DNA of 63,274 nucleotides, filler included, from Dirinaria sp. TL-2023a (lineage: Eukaryota), in NCBI GenBank assembly GCA_051941275.1. It is 10 parts of 10 records of this genome, joined end to end, with 100 filler letters (N's around TTAATTAATTAA, not from the genome) between each part and the next. Parts side by side here need not be neighbours in the genome. Positions count along the whole stretch, not along the records: positions 19,085 to 25,335 come from JAVEBF010001512.1; positions 25,436 to 31,680 come from JAVEBF010001513.1; positions 31,781 to 38,016 come from JAVEBF010001514.1; 7 more parts are not named here. One strand, given 5' to 3'. The stretch's first letter is position 1; each line of letters opens with the position of its first letter. Made by a program: the position numbers and the translations under genes. Under the pieces are notes generated by a model. It was not told the DNA's origin and did no database searches. It worked only from the letters and a program-made list of their open reading frames with translations. Positions 24,370 to 35,200 of the stretch are shown piece after piece.

Positions 24370-25273
24370 TGAAATTCTGTATTCGAATAAAGCATGTATT
24401 CAGACTAGGAAATAATTCTCTCTCTCCAGATCCTTTTTTTTAAAAAGTTGGCTAGGCTTGGAAAGATTTTTTCAGTGGACTTTTTTTTTTTTTTTTGTGT
24501 ATATACGTACTATTGCGATCTTTAAACCATGGATAAAGTAGAGAGAGACAGGCATTAGTCACCTTAGTCTACTACTACTTTAAAAAAAAAAAAGGGTTTT
24601 TTGTTTATTATCACCAAATCTTTAATAAGAACTCCCCGACGACGGATACAAAGTATCTGAGATCATTCATTCTCTAATTCGCCAGCCAGCCGGCTGTCCA
24701 CCCCAACCCTTTCTTTTTTTTTTTTTTTTTTTTTTTTGCGTACGCTTTCCTCAAAACTAGTCTCACTCGATATAGGTTTCTCATCCACGCCATACCATAC
24801 CATACCATACACACTTTCCTTCCCCGACCCTTAGAGAGAGAGTATCTCTCTCTTTTTTTTTTTTTTTCCCCAGAATTCAGGTGGTAACGCCAGTGGCGGT
24901 AGAAGCAGATTTTCAATCTAGAACAGTCAAATAAAATATGATGTATTATATTATCAAGAGAAAGACGAGATAGCGCTGGAGGAAGCAGGAAGCGGGGGAG
25001 AGGGAATGAGGAAGAATAAGGAATGGGTTTGAAAGAAGGAAGAGAAGAAAAAAGAGGGGGGGCGGGTGGCTTGGTTGGAGGGAAAAACGGTATGATGCGG
25101 CTTCTTCCTTCTTCGTACCTTACCTTATCTTATGGTGCGAGGTACTCGTACTATATACATATCTTACCTAAGGTAAGGGACCTTGGTTCTGGACCGCATT
25201 CGGTCTCAATTCCATCAGGTGCAGGTAAGGAAGGTAGCTAGAAGGGTAGGTAGGTCGTCGGAGAGGTACAGTG

Positions 25274-25304
<31 letters not shown>

Positions 25305-25335
25305 CATCATCATCATCAGCATGGCAGCACGCGCT

Positions 25336-25435
25336 NNNNNNNNNNNNNNNNNNNNNNNNNNNNNNNNNNNNNNNNNNNNTTAATTAATTAANNNNNNNNN
25401 NNNNNNNNNNNNNNNNNNNNNNNNNNNNNNNNNNN
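25336..25435. other. Artificial contig spacer
   Basis: N44-TTAATTAATTAA-N44. Confidence 0.99.
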
Positions 25436-25807
25436 TTTTTATTTTTGGGGATGGGAGGAGGGATTGGGTGGGAATTATTTGATATAGTCGGGATTTTAAT
25501 TGATTATGTGGAGAGATGAAGAAATGTTTACGGTTGGAGAAATGTTTATGGGAGTTTGAAGAGATGGAGTGACAGCATTGATCTTCTGTGGATATGACTG
25601 GGGAGGAAAAAACTTGGGGATGCACTGCATTTATATAGTACCCAGTGGCCACTGAAGCGCTGCTTGAGAAAATTTCTCACCTCAACAAGTAACATTTTGA
25701 GTAGGTTATTCTGGTTGAGCAAGTATTCCGCTCATGTGATCACATATATTATTCCCACAAGAGGAAATGCGCTTGAGGGGGGTTACCATGGTTGAGTGAG
25801 GTAATTC

Positions 25808-28800
25808 TCATTCAATCCGCTCAATCTGAGGCCCCATGGCAGTGCATTTTTCCACAAAGGCCGACGCTACCTGGAGATTCTCCGCGCCACTGAGAGATTT
25901 GACGATCATAGCTTCGCTCTTCTCCGTGACCAGCCTTCTCAATGCACCGATCAGGAACCCCGAGACCAGCTCGACCGACCAGCTGTCGGGGATAAGCTCC
26001 AGGACTTGCCGGACGTCGTACCAGGCCCCAAACCGCTCAAGGAGCTCACTAGTCCTCTCGAGCCGGTCGCTGAAGTCTTCTATGCGCAAGAATTCCGTCA
26101 GCAAGTAGTCGAATAGCGTGACTTGCTCATCTCTTGACTGTCCGTCAGCCAACGTGACGGCACCGGTCATTGGATGGAAAATGCTCGCGCCACCAAGCAA
26201 GCAGTAGTTGACTGCCGTGTGAAAGTCACCGAGACCGTGAACAAGTAGCCTTATGGCTTGCCGGTGTCTTCCTTGACGTCCATCGAGGATGATGGATTCG
26301 GGCACCAGGTCTTCTTCAAAAGGCTCAATCCGCTCGAGTATTGATTGAACATCGTAGGTAAAGTCCGACCCATGGCTTCCACCAAGGAGCTCGAGCAACC
26401 GTAGCCGCTCGCGCCACCACGATTGAGGCACAGCATTTTCCACGACAAATTGTCGGTATGTAGGCTTAGGTGGACGAAGAGCCCGGTATGACTTGTACGA
26501 CTGTAAGAGAATTGACCGGGCCTCTTCTGACGATCTCAACACAGCAAGAACGCTATCGAGATAATATGAGATGAGATCATTAGCGTACTGATAGCTCTTC
26601 TTGCCAAAGACCAGATGCTCAAGGTAAACTTTTACAGCTTCTGGAGCCTTCTGCCGCAGCAGCTGAACAATATTGCCAGGCTCTGTCTTGACTTTTCGAT
26701 GGTCATCAGTGAAAACTTGGACGCCGAGAGACGGATGGCGTCTTGCAAGCCAAACACCATATTCGTCGACCAGATGCGGATCACGGCTCCTGACGAGGTA
26801 TTTTCGTATTTCGTTCTCACCATCAACAAATTCGCCACCGTCATCCCTCGCGCCTTCAACGATCCGCACCCATGTCTCCAGAACTCTTCTGTACATCTTC
26901 CGTTGCTGATAAAGTCTGCTAAGAACGTACAGTCGATGGTAGGTTTCTAACAGCGATACTGCTCGATCAAGGCAATCAACTCCCGAGTCCACTACAGAAT
27001 AGAGCTCGGCCCTGATCGATGGCGTTCTTGCTGGATGAGGCCTGTCCAAGTATAAAAGTACATTCAATAATGCGGCATCTACCGTTTTGAAGACTTCGAC
27101 TTCGTCTGCGATACTCCCAAAACCTTTGCGCTGACGCCATGCTTGCAAGTATCGCTTGGTTATGCCTGCGATTTCAGGCTGATCGAGGGGATTCTTATTT
27201 TTCAGCGCACGCTCTGGCTCACTCGTGTTTCTTGTCCAAGGGCGGGACTGGAGAGTCTCGATCAAACCAGCGTGTATCCATAAACCCTTGGGTCCTTCAA
27301 ATACATTGGTGCGAAGAAGAGAAAACGTAGTGACTATGAGTCGAGGGTCTACAGCCCCCTCCATGAGTAGGCCCTCGGTAATCCGCTTGTCGGCGCTTTG
27401 GATACCGGCCAAGTCCCACGAACGTGATACTAAATCGTTGAACAAAATTAAACTGACCTTTTGGCGGAGGTACTCCAGGCTGAGAAAATCGGTCTCCGTT
27501 GATGCTTCCTGACCTCGGATACCATTTATTAAGGTGATGAGCTGACTTCTGTCGATGTAAGTCTTCTTGTCCAGTGCCCTCTGGAGAACCTTTTCCACCG
27601 CAGCGTCCATTTTCAGGACCAAGGGATTTCGGACAGCCCACCAAACTGTACTACCAGACCAGACCACAATACGGCTCGCTCGGGCTCCCAGACGACGTCC
27701 AAAGTCAACTTCCTGCTCGTTCCGTTTCGACTCCCATTCTTCAATATTTGATTCGCGTGGCTCTATTGTAAGGCTCTCATTGGTGTTCTTGTTTGATAAA
27801 GGGAGACGCCGCGCACGAAGCTTTGAGCCAACCTCCAGAAACTGAACTTCGGTCTTTGTATAAACATCCCTTATGCCCACAGTACCCCTTTTGCTTAAGT
27901 TTGCGTTCTCATGACTCGCATTCTGCGGAACAGCCAGCCATTCCTTCTCTTGACCGTCGACATCCCACCTTTGCACCTCGATGATGCTGGTCTCCCCTTG
28001 ATCTTCCGATCGCCTCACCGTTGCAAGCACGAACCCCTCCGGCTCTTGGCCACTCGATCCTGGAATTGATTCAATATCTATCCTTTTGCCGTCCACAACG
28101 ACAGCACCTGGGTACTGAGAAAACTCAAGTGTACCGCGGACCACGTCCCCATCGAGGTTAACAAATATCCCCACGCCAGGCTCTGACGGTGCAGTACCTG
28201 TAGTTAGCAGAAATTCACTCCCAGTTGGAGAGCAGACATGGGGTGCCAAGGGGACCACAGCTCGACTCAGCGTTGGCGCCGGCTCTTTCGGTGTCAGTGG
28301 CAGCTCGGGAGTCGTTGGTAGTGGCTTTTCCGTGTTCGAAGGTCTGCGCCTCAGGCTGTCGGATGCGGATATAGATCGATTATGTGATGAAGATCCAGTC
28401 TGCACTTCTGCACTTACAGGAGGCTCCAAAGTTTCAACGCCCCCTCGTTCCTGGCTACGGGACTGTGGGCTCCCTTGTCGGCGGCCCAAGCCTCCAACCA
28501 AAGCCCCAAGGCTTGACTGCCTTCCATGTCCCCTTCCATCTACGCTAGCATCTCTAGATAGAGGTCGTAGTGACGAACTCCTCTCTGGAAATGAAATATC
28601 TTCCACTTGGCCTCCGCTGGCATTATCGTTGAGGGAGGAGATCGGGAACAGGTTTATTTTTTGCTGATTCTCCACATCGAGCAATGCGTAAGAGTGCGAA
28701 TCTGCCACACAGGCGAATTGATTACGCCGAGCAGATACGAGGCAATTGGCATATTCAATGTTCCGGATGAATTGAACACTTTCACTGATTCGGACAAGTC

Positions 28801-29293
28801 GAACCCGTTTTTGCTGGCAAATCATGAGGACAACCCCTTCTCCTGCGACTTCTTCGCCCGCATTTAGATCGGTACCTCCCACCCAGCTACAATTGGACAC
28901 AACAGCATTCCGAAGCGCAGGGCTCAGCTCCGGCAAGCTGTGGAAGCTCAAAGTGCCATTACACAGTAAGCAAGCTTTTCCGACGCTCGGTAGAAGTAAG
29001 ATCTGTTGGACACCATGTTTGGATTGAGATTCATTATTTGGAGTCGAAGTAGGTTGGAGTCTAGAGGCGAAGATGAAGCTCGGGTCCTGGGATATATCGT
29101 CCGCTTCTGAAGGAAGCGCTACGAAGTGAAGCACTTCTCCGGCTGAAGTACCGACATATAGATTATTTTCCCAAAGGTCCACACATGTAATTATTGTTTC
29201 ATCGTCATCACCTTCGGATAATGGTACTTGGTCCACCAGTCGCCGTAACACGTAAGAGCCTGTCGAAGAAGATGTAGGCGGCGTAGAACTCAT
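25808..29293 (-). CDS. VPS3: Vps3/TGFBRAP1-like (Vps39 family) CORVET tethering subunit, CNH domain plus helical repeats; intronless
   Basis: ITCVDLWENNLYVGTSAGEVLHF (CNH start), GVGIFVNLDGDVVRGTLEF, YLEHLVF, ILDGRQGRHRQAIRLLVHGLGDF, VLELIPDSWSV. Confidence 0.82.
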   Translation of the reverse strand: MSSTPPTSSSTGSYVLRRLVDQVPLSEGDDDETIITCVDLWENNLYVGTSAGEVLHFVALPSEADDISQDPSFIFASRLQPTSTPNNESQSKHGVQQILLLPSVGKACLLCNGTLSFHSLPELSPALRNAVVSNCSWVGGTDLNAGEEVAGEGVVLMICQQKRVRLVRISESVQFIRNIEYANCLVSARRNQFACVADSHSYALLDVENQQKINLFPISSLNDNASGGQVEDISFPERSSSLRPLSRDASVDGRGHGRQSSLGALVGGLGRRQGSPQSRSQERGGVETLEPPVSAEVQTGSSSHNRSISASDSLRRRPSNTEKPLPTTPELPLTPKEPAPTLSRAVVPLAPHVCSPTGSEFLLTTGTAPSEPGVGIFVNLDGDVVRGTLEFSQYPGAVVVDGKRIDIESIPGSSGQEPEGFVLATVRRSEDQGETSIIEVQRWDVDGQEKEWLAVPQNASHENANLSKRGTVGIRDVYTKTEVQFLEVGSKLRARRLPLSNKNTNESLTIEPRESNIEEWESKRNEQEVDFGRRLGARASRIVVWSGSTVWWAVRNPLVLKMDAAVEKVLQRALDKKTYIDRSQLITLINGIRGQEASTETDFLSLEYLRQKVSLILFNDLVSRSWDLAGIQSADKRITEGLLMEGAVDPRLIVTTFSLLRTNVFEGPKGLWIHAGLIETLQSRPWTRNTSEPERALKNKNPLDQPEIAGITKRYLQAWRQRKGFGSIADEVEVFKTVDAALLNVLLYLDRPHPARTPSIRAELYSVVDSGVDCLDRAVSLLETYHRLYVLSRLYQQRKMYRRVLETWVRIVEGARDDGGEFVDGENEIRKYLVRSRDPHLVDEYGVWLARRHPSLGVQVFTDDHRKVKTEPGNIVQLLRQKAPEAVKVYLEHLVFGKKSYQYANDLISYYLDSVLAVLRSSEEARSILLQSYKSYRALRPPKPTYRQFVVENAVPQSWWRERLRLLELLGGSHGSDFTYDVQSILERIEPFEEDLVPESIILDGRQGRHRQAIRLLVHGLGDFHTAVNYCLLGGASIFHPMTGAVTLADGQSRDEQVTLFDYLLTEFLRIEDFSDRLERTSELLERFGAWYDVRQVLELIPDSWSVELVSGFLIGALRRLVTEKSEAMIVKSLSGAENLQVASAFVEKCTAMGPQIERIE

Positions 29294-29875
29294 CACAACA
29301 ACCGCCAGGGAGGTCGTGAAAGCGCTTCGACATTTAGAGGCTCATGCAATGATTCAGTCCTGTTGACGAAGTCTCTAAGTTTTTCTCGAATTACTGAATG
29401 TATATAGCACCTATGGCTTTAATGGTAAGGCCATGTAATGCACTAGGTACCTTACTTACTTCGGTAAAGGGACGTAGTTTGAGTGCCAAGGATCTTCGGA
29501 TACTTATGCACGCGCTAGGCAGGTAATGCCAAGTGATAAGATTAAGAAGCATAGTATCTTGAGTGATGGAATAGTCCATCTTATCTTTGTTACTGAAAGA
29601 CACATTTAGTGATGTAGTCTCAAGTCTGGCTCGAGTCCAGCTCAACACCGTCATTTCAACATTAATTTCGAGACTATCTTATTCATAACAGAAGCTCTCT
29701 CCGTCTGCTTCATCCGCTAGATTTCAGGCATGAGTAATGTATGCATAAGGCGAGACAATCATCAACATCAAACTCTCAGGGGACTCGATCGCATCCTGGA
29801 CCACGCCGGTGACCTCGAAGCTCATATCCATTCCCATACAGCTATCCATTCCCGCACCACCCCGCCTCCCCAGCA

Positions 29876-31324
29876 ATGGCGTCTTCGTCAGATAATCCCG
29901 CAAGATTCATTCCCATGCTAGAGCACCCTCACCATTCGAACCCGCAATCTCCGCGGCAGCCGCCGAATTCAATTGAAACGACATCAATCGCTTCCAAACG
30001 AGCTCTCTCCACGTCCTACGAGCCCATAACCCCGCCCTCCGACGACAATGATCCCATCCCGCGGCAGCCGCACCAGAATTCCCACCGCTCCTCGACGACA
30101 GACATCGAAAACGGCTCCCCAACGGCCAACTACAACTCGGCCACGGACCCATACGACCTGTCGTCGCGGCTCAAGACCGCGTCGGAACTGGACCTGATCC
30201 GGGCGAAGACGTCGCGCAAACGGGACGGGTACGGGGCGATCACGACGAACAAGGCGGCGACGAAGGCGAAGCGGCTGCAAAACTTCTACGAGGCGCAGAA
30301 CGAGAACATCGCGCGCTGGCTGAAGCCCGTGGACGAGCACGTGCGGGACGCGAGGCGCGAGGAAGGCGAGAACCACCTGAAGTACAAGATCGCGGTGCAC
30401 GGGTCGTTCGCGGCGAACCTGGTGCTGGCGGCGCTGCAGATCTACGGCGCCGTCTCCTCGGGCTCGCTGTCGCTGTTCACCACCATGGCCGACGCCATCT
30501 TCGACCCTCTCTCCAATGTCACTTTGATCATCTGCAACCGCGCGGTGCGGAAAGTCGACGCGCGCCGCTTCCCGAGCGGCAAAGCCCGCATCGAGACGGC
30601 GGGGAATATCGTGTTCTGCTTCATGATGACCGCGGTCTCGTTCCTGATCATCGTGCTCAGCATCATGGAACTGACAGGCGGGAACTACACCGCATGGACA
30701 TGCGCCACGACCACCAAAACAAACGAACCAACGCGCACCCCGAAACCGACCAAACCCTTCCACCTCATCTCGAGCATCGTCGTCGGCATCGCTTTAGTAA
30801 CCAAAATCGCCCTCTTCGCCTACTGCTGGGCCCTGCGCAACCTGTACTCGCAGATCCGGATCCTGTGGGAGGACCACCGGAACGACTCGCTGATCAACGG
30901 GATCGGGCTAGCGACCAGCATCCTCGGCGCGCACATCGCATGGTGGATCGATCCCATGGGGGCGATCCTGCTCTCGCTCCTCATCTCCGCCCTCTGGCTG
31001 CGCACGGCGTATACACAGTTCCTCCTGCTCATAGGCGTCTCGGCATCCACCAGCCTGCAGCAGTGGATCACGTACATCTGCCTCACGCACAACCGCGCCG
31101 TGATCAAAGGCATCGATACGGTGCGGGCGTACTACAGCGGGCCCCGGGTCGTGGTCGAGGTGGATGTCGTCATGGACGAGAATCGGAGGATGGGCGAGTG
31201 CCACGATGTCGCGGAGGGCTTGCAGGAGGTGCTCGAGCGGCTGCCGGACGTGGAGCGCGCGTATGTTCATGTGGATTGGGAGGTGGGGCATAAACCGGAG
31301 CATTCGGTTAAGAAGGAGTTGTGA
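29876..31324 (+). CDS. Cation diffusion facilitator, Mn-CDF/MTP8-11-like; intronless
   Basis: SGSLSLFTTMADAIFD (TM2 DxxxD), FPSGKARIE, WEDHRND (TM5 DxxxD), WWIDPMGA, IDTVRAY..G, HDVAEGLQ..LE.LPDVERAYVHVD. Confidence 0.92.
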   Translation: MASSSDNPARFIPMLEHPHHSNPQSPRQPPNSIETTSIASKRALSTSYEPITPPSDDNDPIPRQPHQNSHRSSTTDIENGSPTANYNSATDPYDLSSRLKTASELDLIRAKTSRKRDGYGAITTNKAATKAKRLQNFYEAQNENIARWLKPVDEHVRDARREEGENHLKYKIAVHGSFAANLVLAALQIYGAVSSGSLSLFTTMADAIFDPLSNVTLIICNRAVRKVDARRFPSGKARIETAGNIVFCFMMTAVSFLIIVLSIMELTGGNYTAWTCATTTKTNEPTRTPKPTKPFHLISSIVVGIALVTKIALFAYCWALRNLYSQIRILWEDHRNDSLINGIGLATSILGAHIAWWIDPMGAILLSLLISALWLRTAYTQFLLLIGVSASTSLQQWITYICLTHNRAVIKGIDTVRAYYSGPRVVVEVDVVMDENRRMGECHDVAEGLQEVLERLPDVERAYVHVDWEVGHKPEHSVKKEL

Positions 31325-31680
31325 ATTCCTCTTTCTTTCTTTTTTTTTTTTTTTTAGCCTCTTTCCTTTCGAGGTTGGGATTTCGATTTCATGTAGGGTA
31401 TTGAATAGAGGGGGCATGCGTCACATCATACTTACCTTAATGAAGTCACGAACAAGTAAACCTATTCCCGCCCGCAGCCCGCCCGCCGCCCGGGCAAAAA
31501 GCGAAAGCAAAAGCGAAAGCGAAACCGAGACATATATGCACCAATCTGAAATTTACCACGAAAAGGAAAAGACCCATCGGAGATTTTTTTTTTTTTTGTT
31601 CCTTGAAAAAATTTCTTTTCCATTGTTTTTTTGATCGTTTTTCGTCTCTTATGTGACGTATATATAATGTAGGTATATAT

Positions 31681-31780
31681 NNNNNNNNNNNNNNNNNNNN
31701 NNNNNNNNNNNNNNNNNNNNNNNNTTAATTAATTAANNNNNNNNNNNNNNNNNNNNNNNNNNNNNNNNNNNNNNNNNNNN
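31681..31780. other. Artificial contig spacer
   Basis: N44-TTAATTAATTAA-N44. Confidence 0.99.
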
Positions 31781-32246
31781 GTTCGAGAGGGGGAGAAATA
31801 TATGATTTTGAAAAATATAAAGTTTTCTTTTCTATGGATAGAGGAATAAAGCTACTCTGGATGTTTTTTCGCTAATACTAGATGCATGCATGCATGAATG
31901 CCCCGTCGAGGAAGAACGGAAGGACGGATTCTAGGTAAAGGCTAAGAATAATGTGATATAATGCCTTCCCAACCCCTTGCCCCAGGAAAGAGAAAAAAGG
32001 GGAGGGGAAAGCCAGTTATAAGGGTTACCTATCCCGTTCTTTTCTGCACGCCCGCCCCCCCCCAAAAAAGAATGAATACAAGCCCGCAAAAAACCCGCTT
32101 TTTGTACACACCGGACAGACAGAACACCCTAGTATGTACAACCCAAGTTCCCCCCATTACACACACGGGGGGTTGGTGGGGGAGCGGGCGCGCAAAAGAA
32201 AAAAGTCCCGCTTTGCTTTTGCTTTGCTTTGCTTTTGCTTTGATAC

Positions 32247-35200
32247 TCATCTCAGCCTCCTCCGGACGCGGTGCTCCTCGCCTTTCTTCTTCTTTTTCTT
32301 GCTCCGGCTTTTATCCGGCGGCGCCTCAACCGGCACGTCTTTGAGTTCCCAGTCGATATGCCGAAGCATGAAGGCGTCCACGTGGCCCGTTTCTTCTTCT
32401 CCTTCTTCTTGATGATCCTCCACAGCGCCGCTGCTATCGCCAAGGCCGGCAGTTTCCGCCGCGAGGCCCGATGTTGCGGCGTCGAGGGTCGTCGTTCGCT
32501 CCACTGTGTTCTCGATGGCAGAAGAAGCAGTAGTAGTAGCGGTGGCAGGAAGCTGCGGCGGTTTTTCACCGGCGGGCGTTTGAGGGCCTGGGGTCTTGGG
32601 AGTCAGGCCGCGGTTGCTGCCGTCGGCTTTCTCGTCGAAATCCGCGGCATCGGTCTGGATCATCTCCTTTTCGGCGATTTTCGCCGCCTGCACGTCTTCC
32701 TTGTCTTCGACCTGTTCAAAGACCTTGCCTATGCTTCGGCCGCCGCCCAGGACGCGGTCCAGGGCTGCGTCGGTCTCGATGTCGCCGTCATCCACGGCGT
32801 CGGCGGCGCTGTCGTCCGCTGCTGCTTGGAAGTGGTCGGTATTGAAATTCCCCTCTTGGATGACGACTTCATCGAGCCTGGTCTTTTGCCGAGCTCGACG
32901 CATGATATTGACTTCGACCGTGGACTCGCTGACGAGCCGATAAATGTGCACGTCCCGAGTCTGGCCTATCCGGTGACTGCGATCTTGGCATTGCTTGTCC
33001 ATGGCTGGATTCCAGTCCGAATCGTAGAAGATCACAGAGTCCGCCCCTGTGAGATTGATTCCAAGGCCCCCAGATCGCGTGGAGAGGATAAATACCGATA
33101 TACGCTCATCATTGTTGAATCGCTCGGTTAAGATCTGCCGCTGTTCGATCTTGGTGCCGCCATCGAGTCGCAGATAACGGTGACCATGGATATTGAGGAA
33201 CTGTTCAAGCACATCGAGGACTTTCGTCATCTGCGTAAAAACAAGGGCACGATGGCCACCAGCTTGGAGCTTGCGAAGCAATGCATCCAGACGTTGCAGT
33301 TTGCCACAATCATATTGCAGCAGACGTTTATCTGGAAAGGCGATAGAAAGACGCATACGGGCCTCATGGCAAGGGTCTGTGGTTGAGGATTGTGGGCTAG
33401 GTCTGAGAGCAGTAACTATATTCGGTGGGACTGCCAAGGTAAGTATATCAGGAGCGACAACTTTGGGCGTCACGCATGCGAACTTGGAGACTGTAGTTTT
33501 GACGACCTCTGAGCGTCTCGGCAGTGTTAAGATCATATCGGCCAGAACAGATGACTCAGCAAGGGCACGCTCCGAGAGCTCCGCTTTCCTCAGCGATGGC
33601 GGCGGTAACGGATAAGTATCCAGTCCCAAGTTCAACCGTGACACGAGGCTTTGGCTATATAGCGGCCGTCGCTGACTGCGGAGCATAGTGTGGTATGATG
33701 CGTGACGGAGATCCTCAAACCTAGAGCGCTTTGCAACGTTCTCCAAGTTGGCCAGTGCGCCGCTCACGCTTGTACCATCGAATTGTAGATTCTGATTAAT
33801 GCGACCCCACTGCTGAGCATATAGTTGCCGAAAGGCCCCCAAAGCGCCGAGGCGCTGCTTTTGGATGGTATCCAGTGCCGAAAGCGGTTCATTAGCGCCA
33901 GGAAGCAAATTTATGAAACCCAAGTCGACGAGCTTGCTTGGCTCTTCCTTAAGCAGACGCCGCCTCACAAGAAGCTCCTTGATCTCGTAGTCCGCAACAG
34001 CTGACTTGCGCATGGCGAAAGACGTCACAATCTGACGAGTCTCGAAGAGATCAGGGTGGCAGCAGACCTTTCGCAGCTGCATTATGCAATTCATCATTGA
34101 AAGATGATTGCCAGAAGCATAGATCGCCTTGGTTTCAGCGCGGTTTAAGAATCCCTGATAAAGCTCTCGCTGACGCTTGGATAACCTGCAATAAACGACA
34201 TGCTCGTACTTGCCGGGCATTTGCTTTTCAACATCAGCCTTCAGTCGACGGAGAAGATAAGGTCTCAGGGTGTGGTGCAGTTGCTTGACAATCGCTTTGC
34301 CCTCCTCGTCCATTGTTTCTTTGCCATGCTCGAGGATCTGTTCTACAGGCTTGCGGAACCATTCTGAGAATTGTTGCAGATCAGCGAATCCTCCAATACC
34401 GCTCTCTGATCCATCTGTCGGCATGAGGAAGAATAGCAACGACCACAGCTCGGTGAGATTATTCTGCAGAGGAGTTCCTGTAAGCAGCAAGCGTGCGCGG
34501 GTTTTGAAATTCAGGAGTGTTTGCCAGCGCTGAGACCGGAAATTCTTGATGTTGTGAGCCTCATCAAGAACCATATAATGCCAATTCCGTTTCCTGAAGA
34601 TCTGATTATCTTGAACCACTAGCGCGTACGAGGTGATCCAGACATTCCATTTGTCATCGTTCATCCAGCCTTCCCGCTTTCTCCTCCTCTCCTCTATGGA
34701 ACCGTAGTAGGTGAGAACTTTGAAGCCGGGGAGGAACTTCTTGAATTCCATCTCCCAATTGAGCATCACACTCGTAGGCACGACGATCAGGTGTGGGCCC
34801 CATGCTTCATGAACTACCGCTAGGTGTGCCAACAGCGCTATAGTCTGAATAGTTTTTCCAAGCCCCATCTCATCTGCCAAGATACCATTGGTCTTGTCGC
34901 CGTAGAGTTTCGCAAGCCAGTCCAGGCCAACGTGCTGGTATTCTCTGAGCGTGCCGCGCAGCAGAGAAGGCACTGGCGTCTTCAAGGCTGTATTTGATAC
35001 AGGAGTGGTAGGTAAAGAGTCTCTATGGTTGTCTAAATTTGTATTAATGTTCATCAAGTCTTTGAGCGAAGGGCGTCGATCACCCGATGTTGCCTCAGCT
35101 AGCTGCGTAGACTGATGAGCACTCGCTGGCCTCTCAAGCGGAGTTGATAAATCGAAGCCATCCTTGAGCGCCTCCTTTCGAAACTCTAGTAGAGGTTCTT

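Noticed and set aside
29907..33131. Long antisense and alternate-frame ORFs over the CDF gene and the SWR1 3' end
   Set aside because: Expected by-product of high GC3 coding sequence; no motifs of their own.
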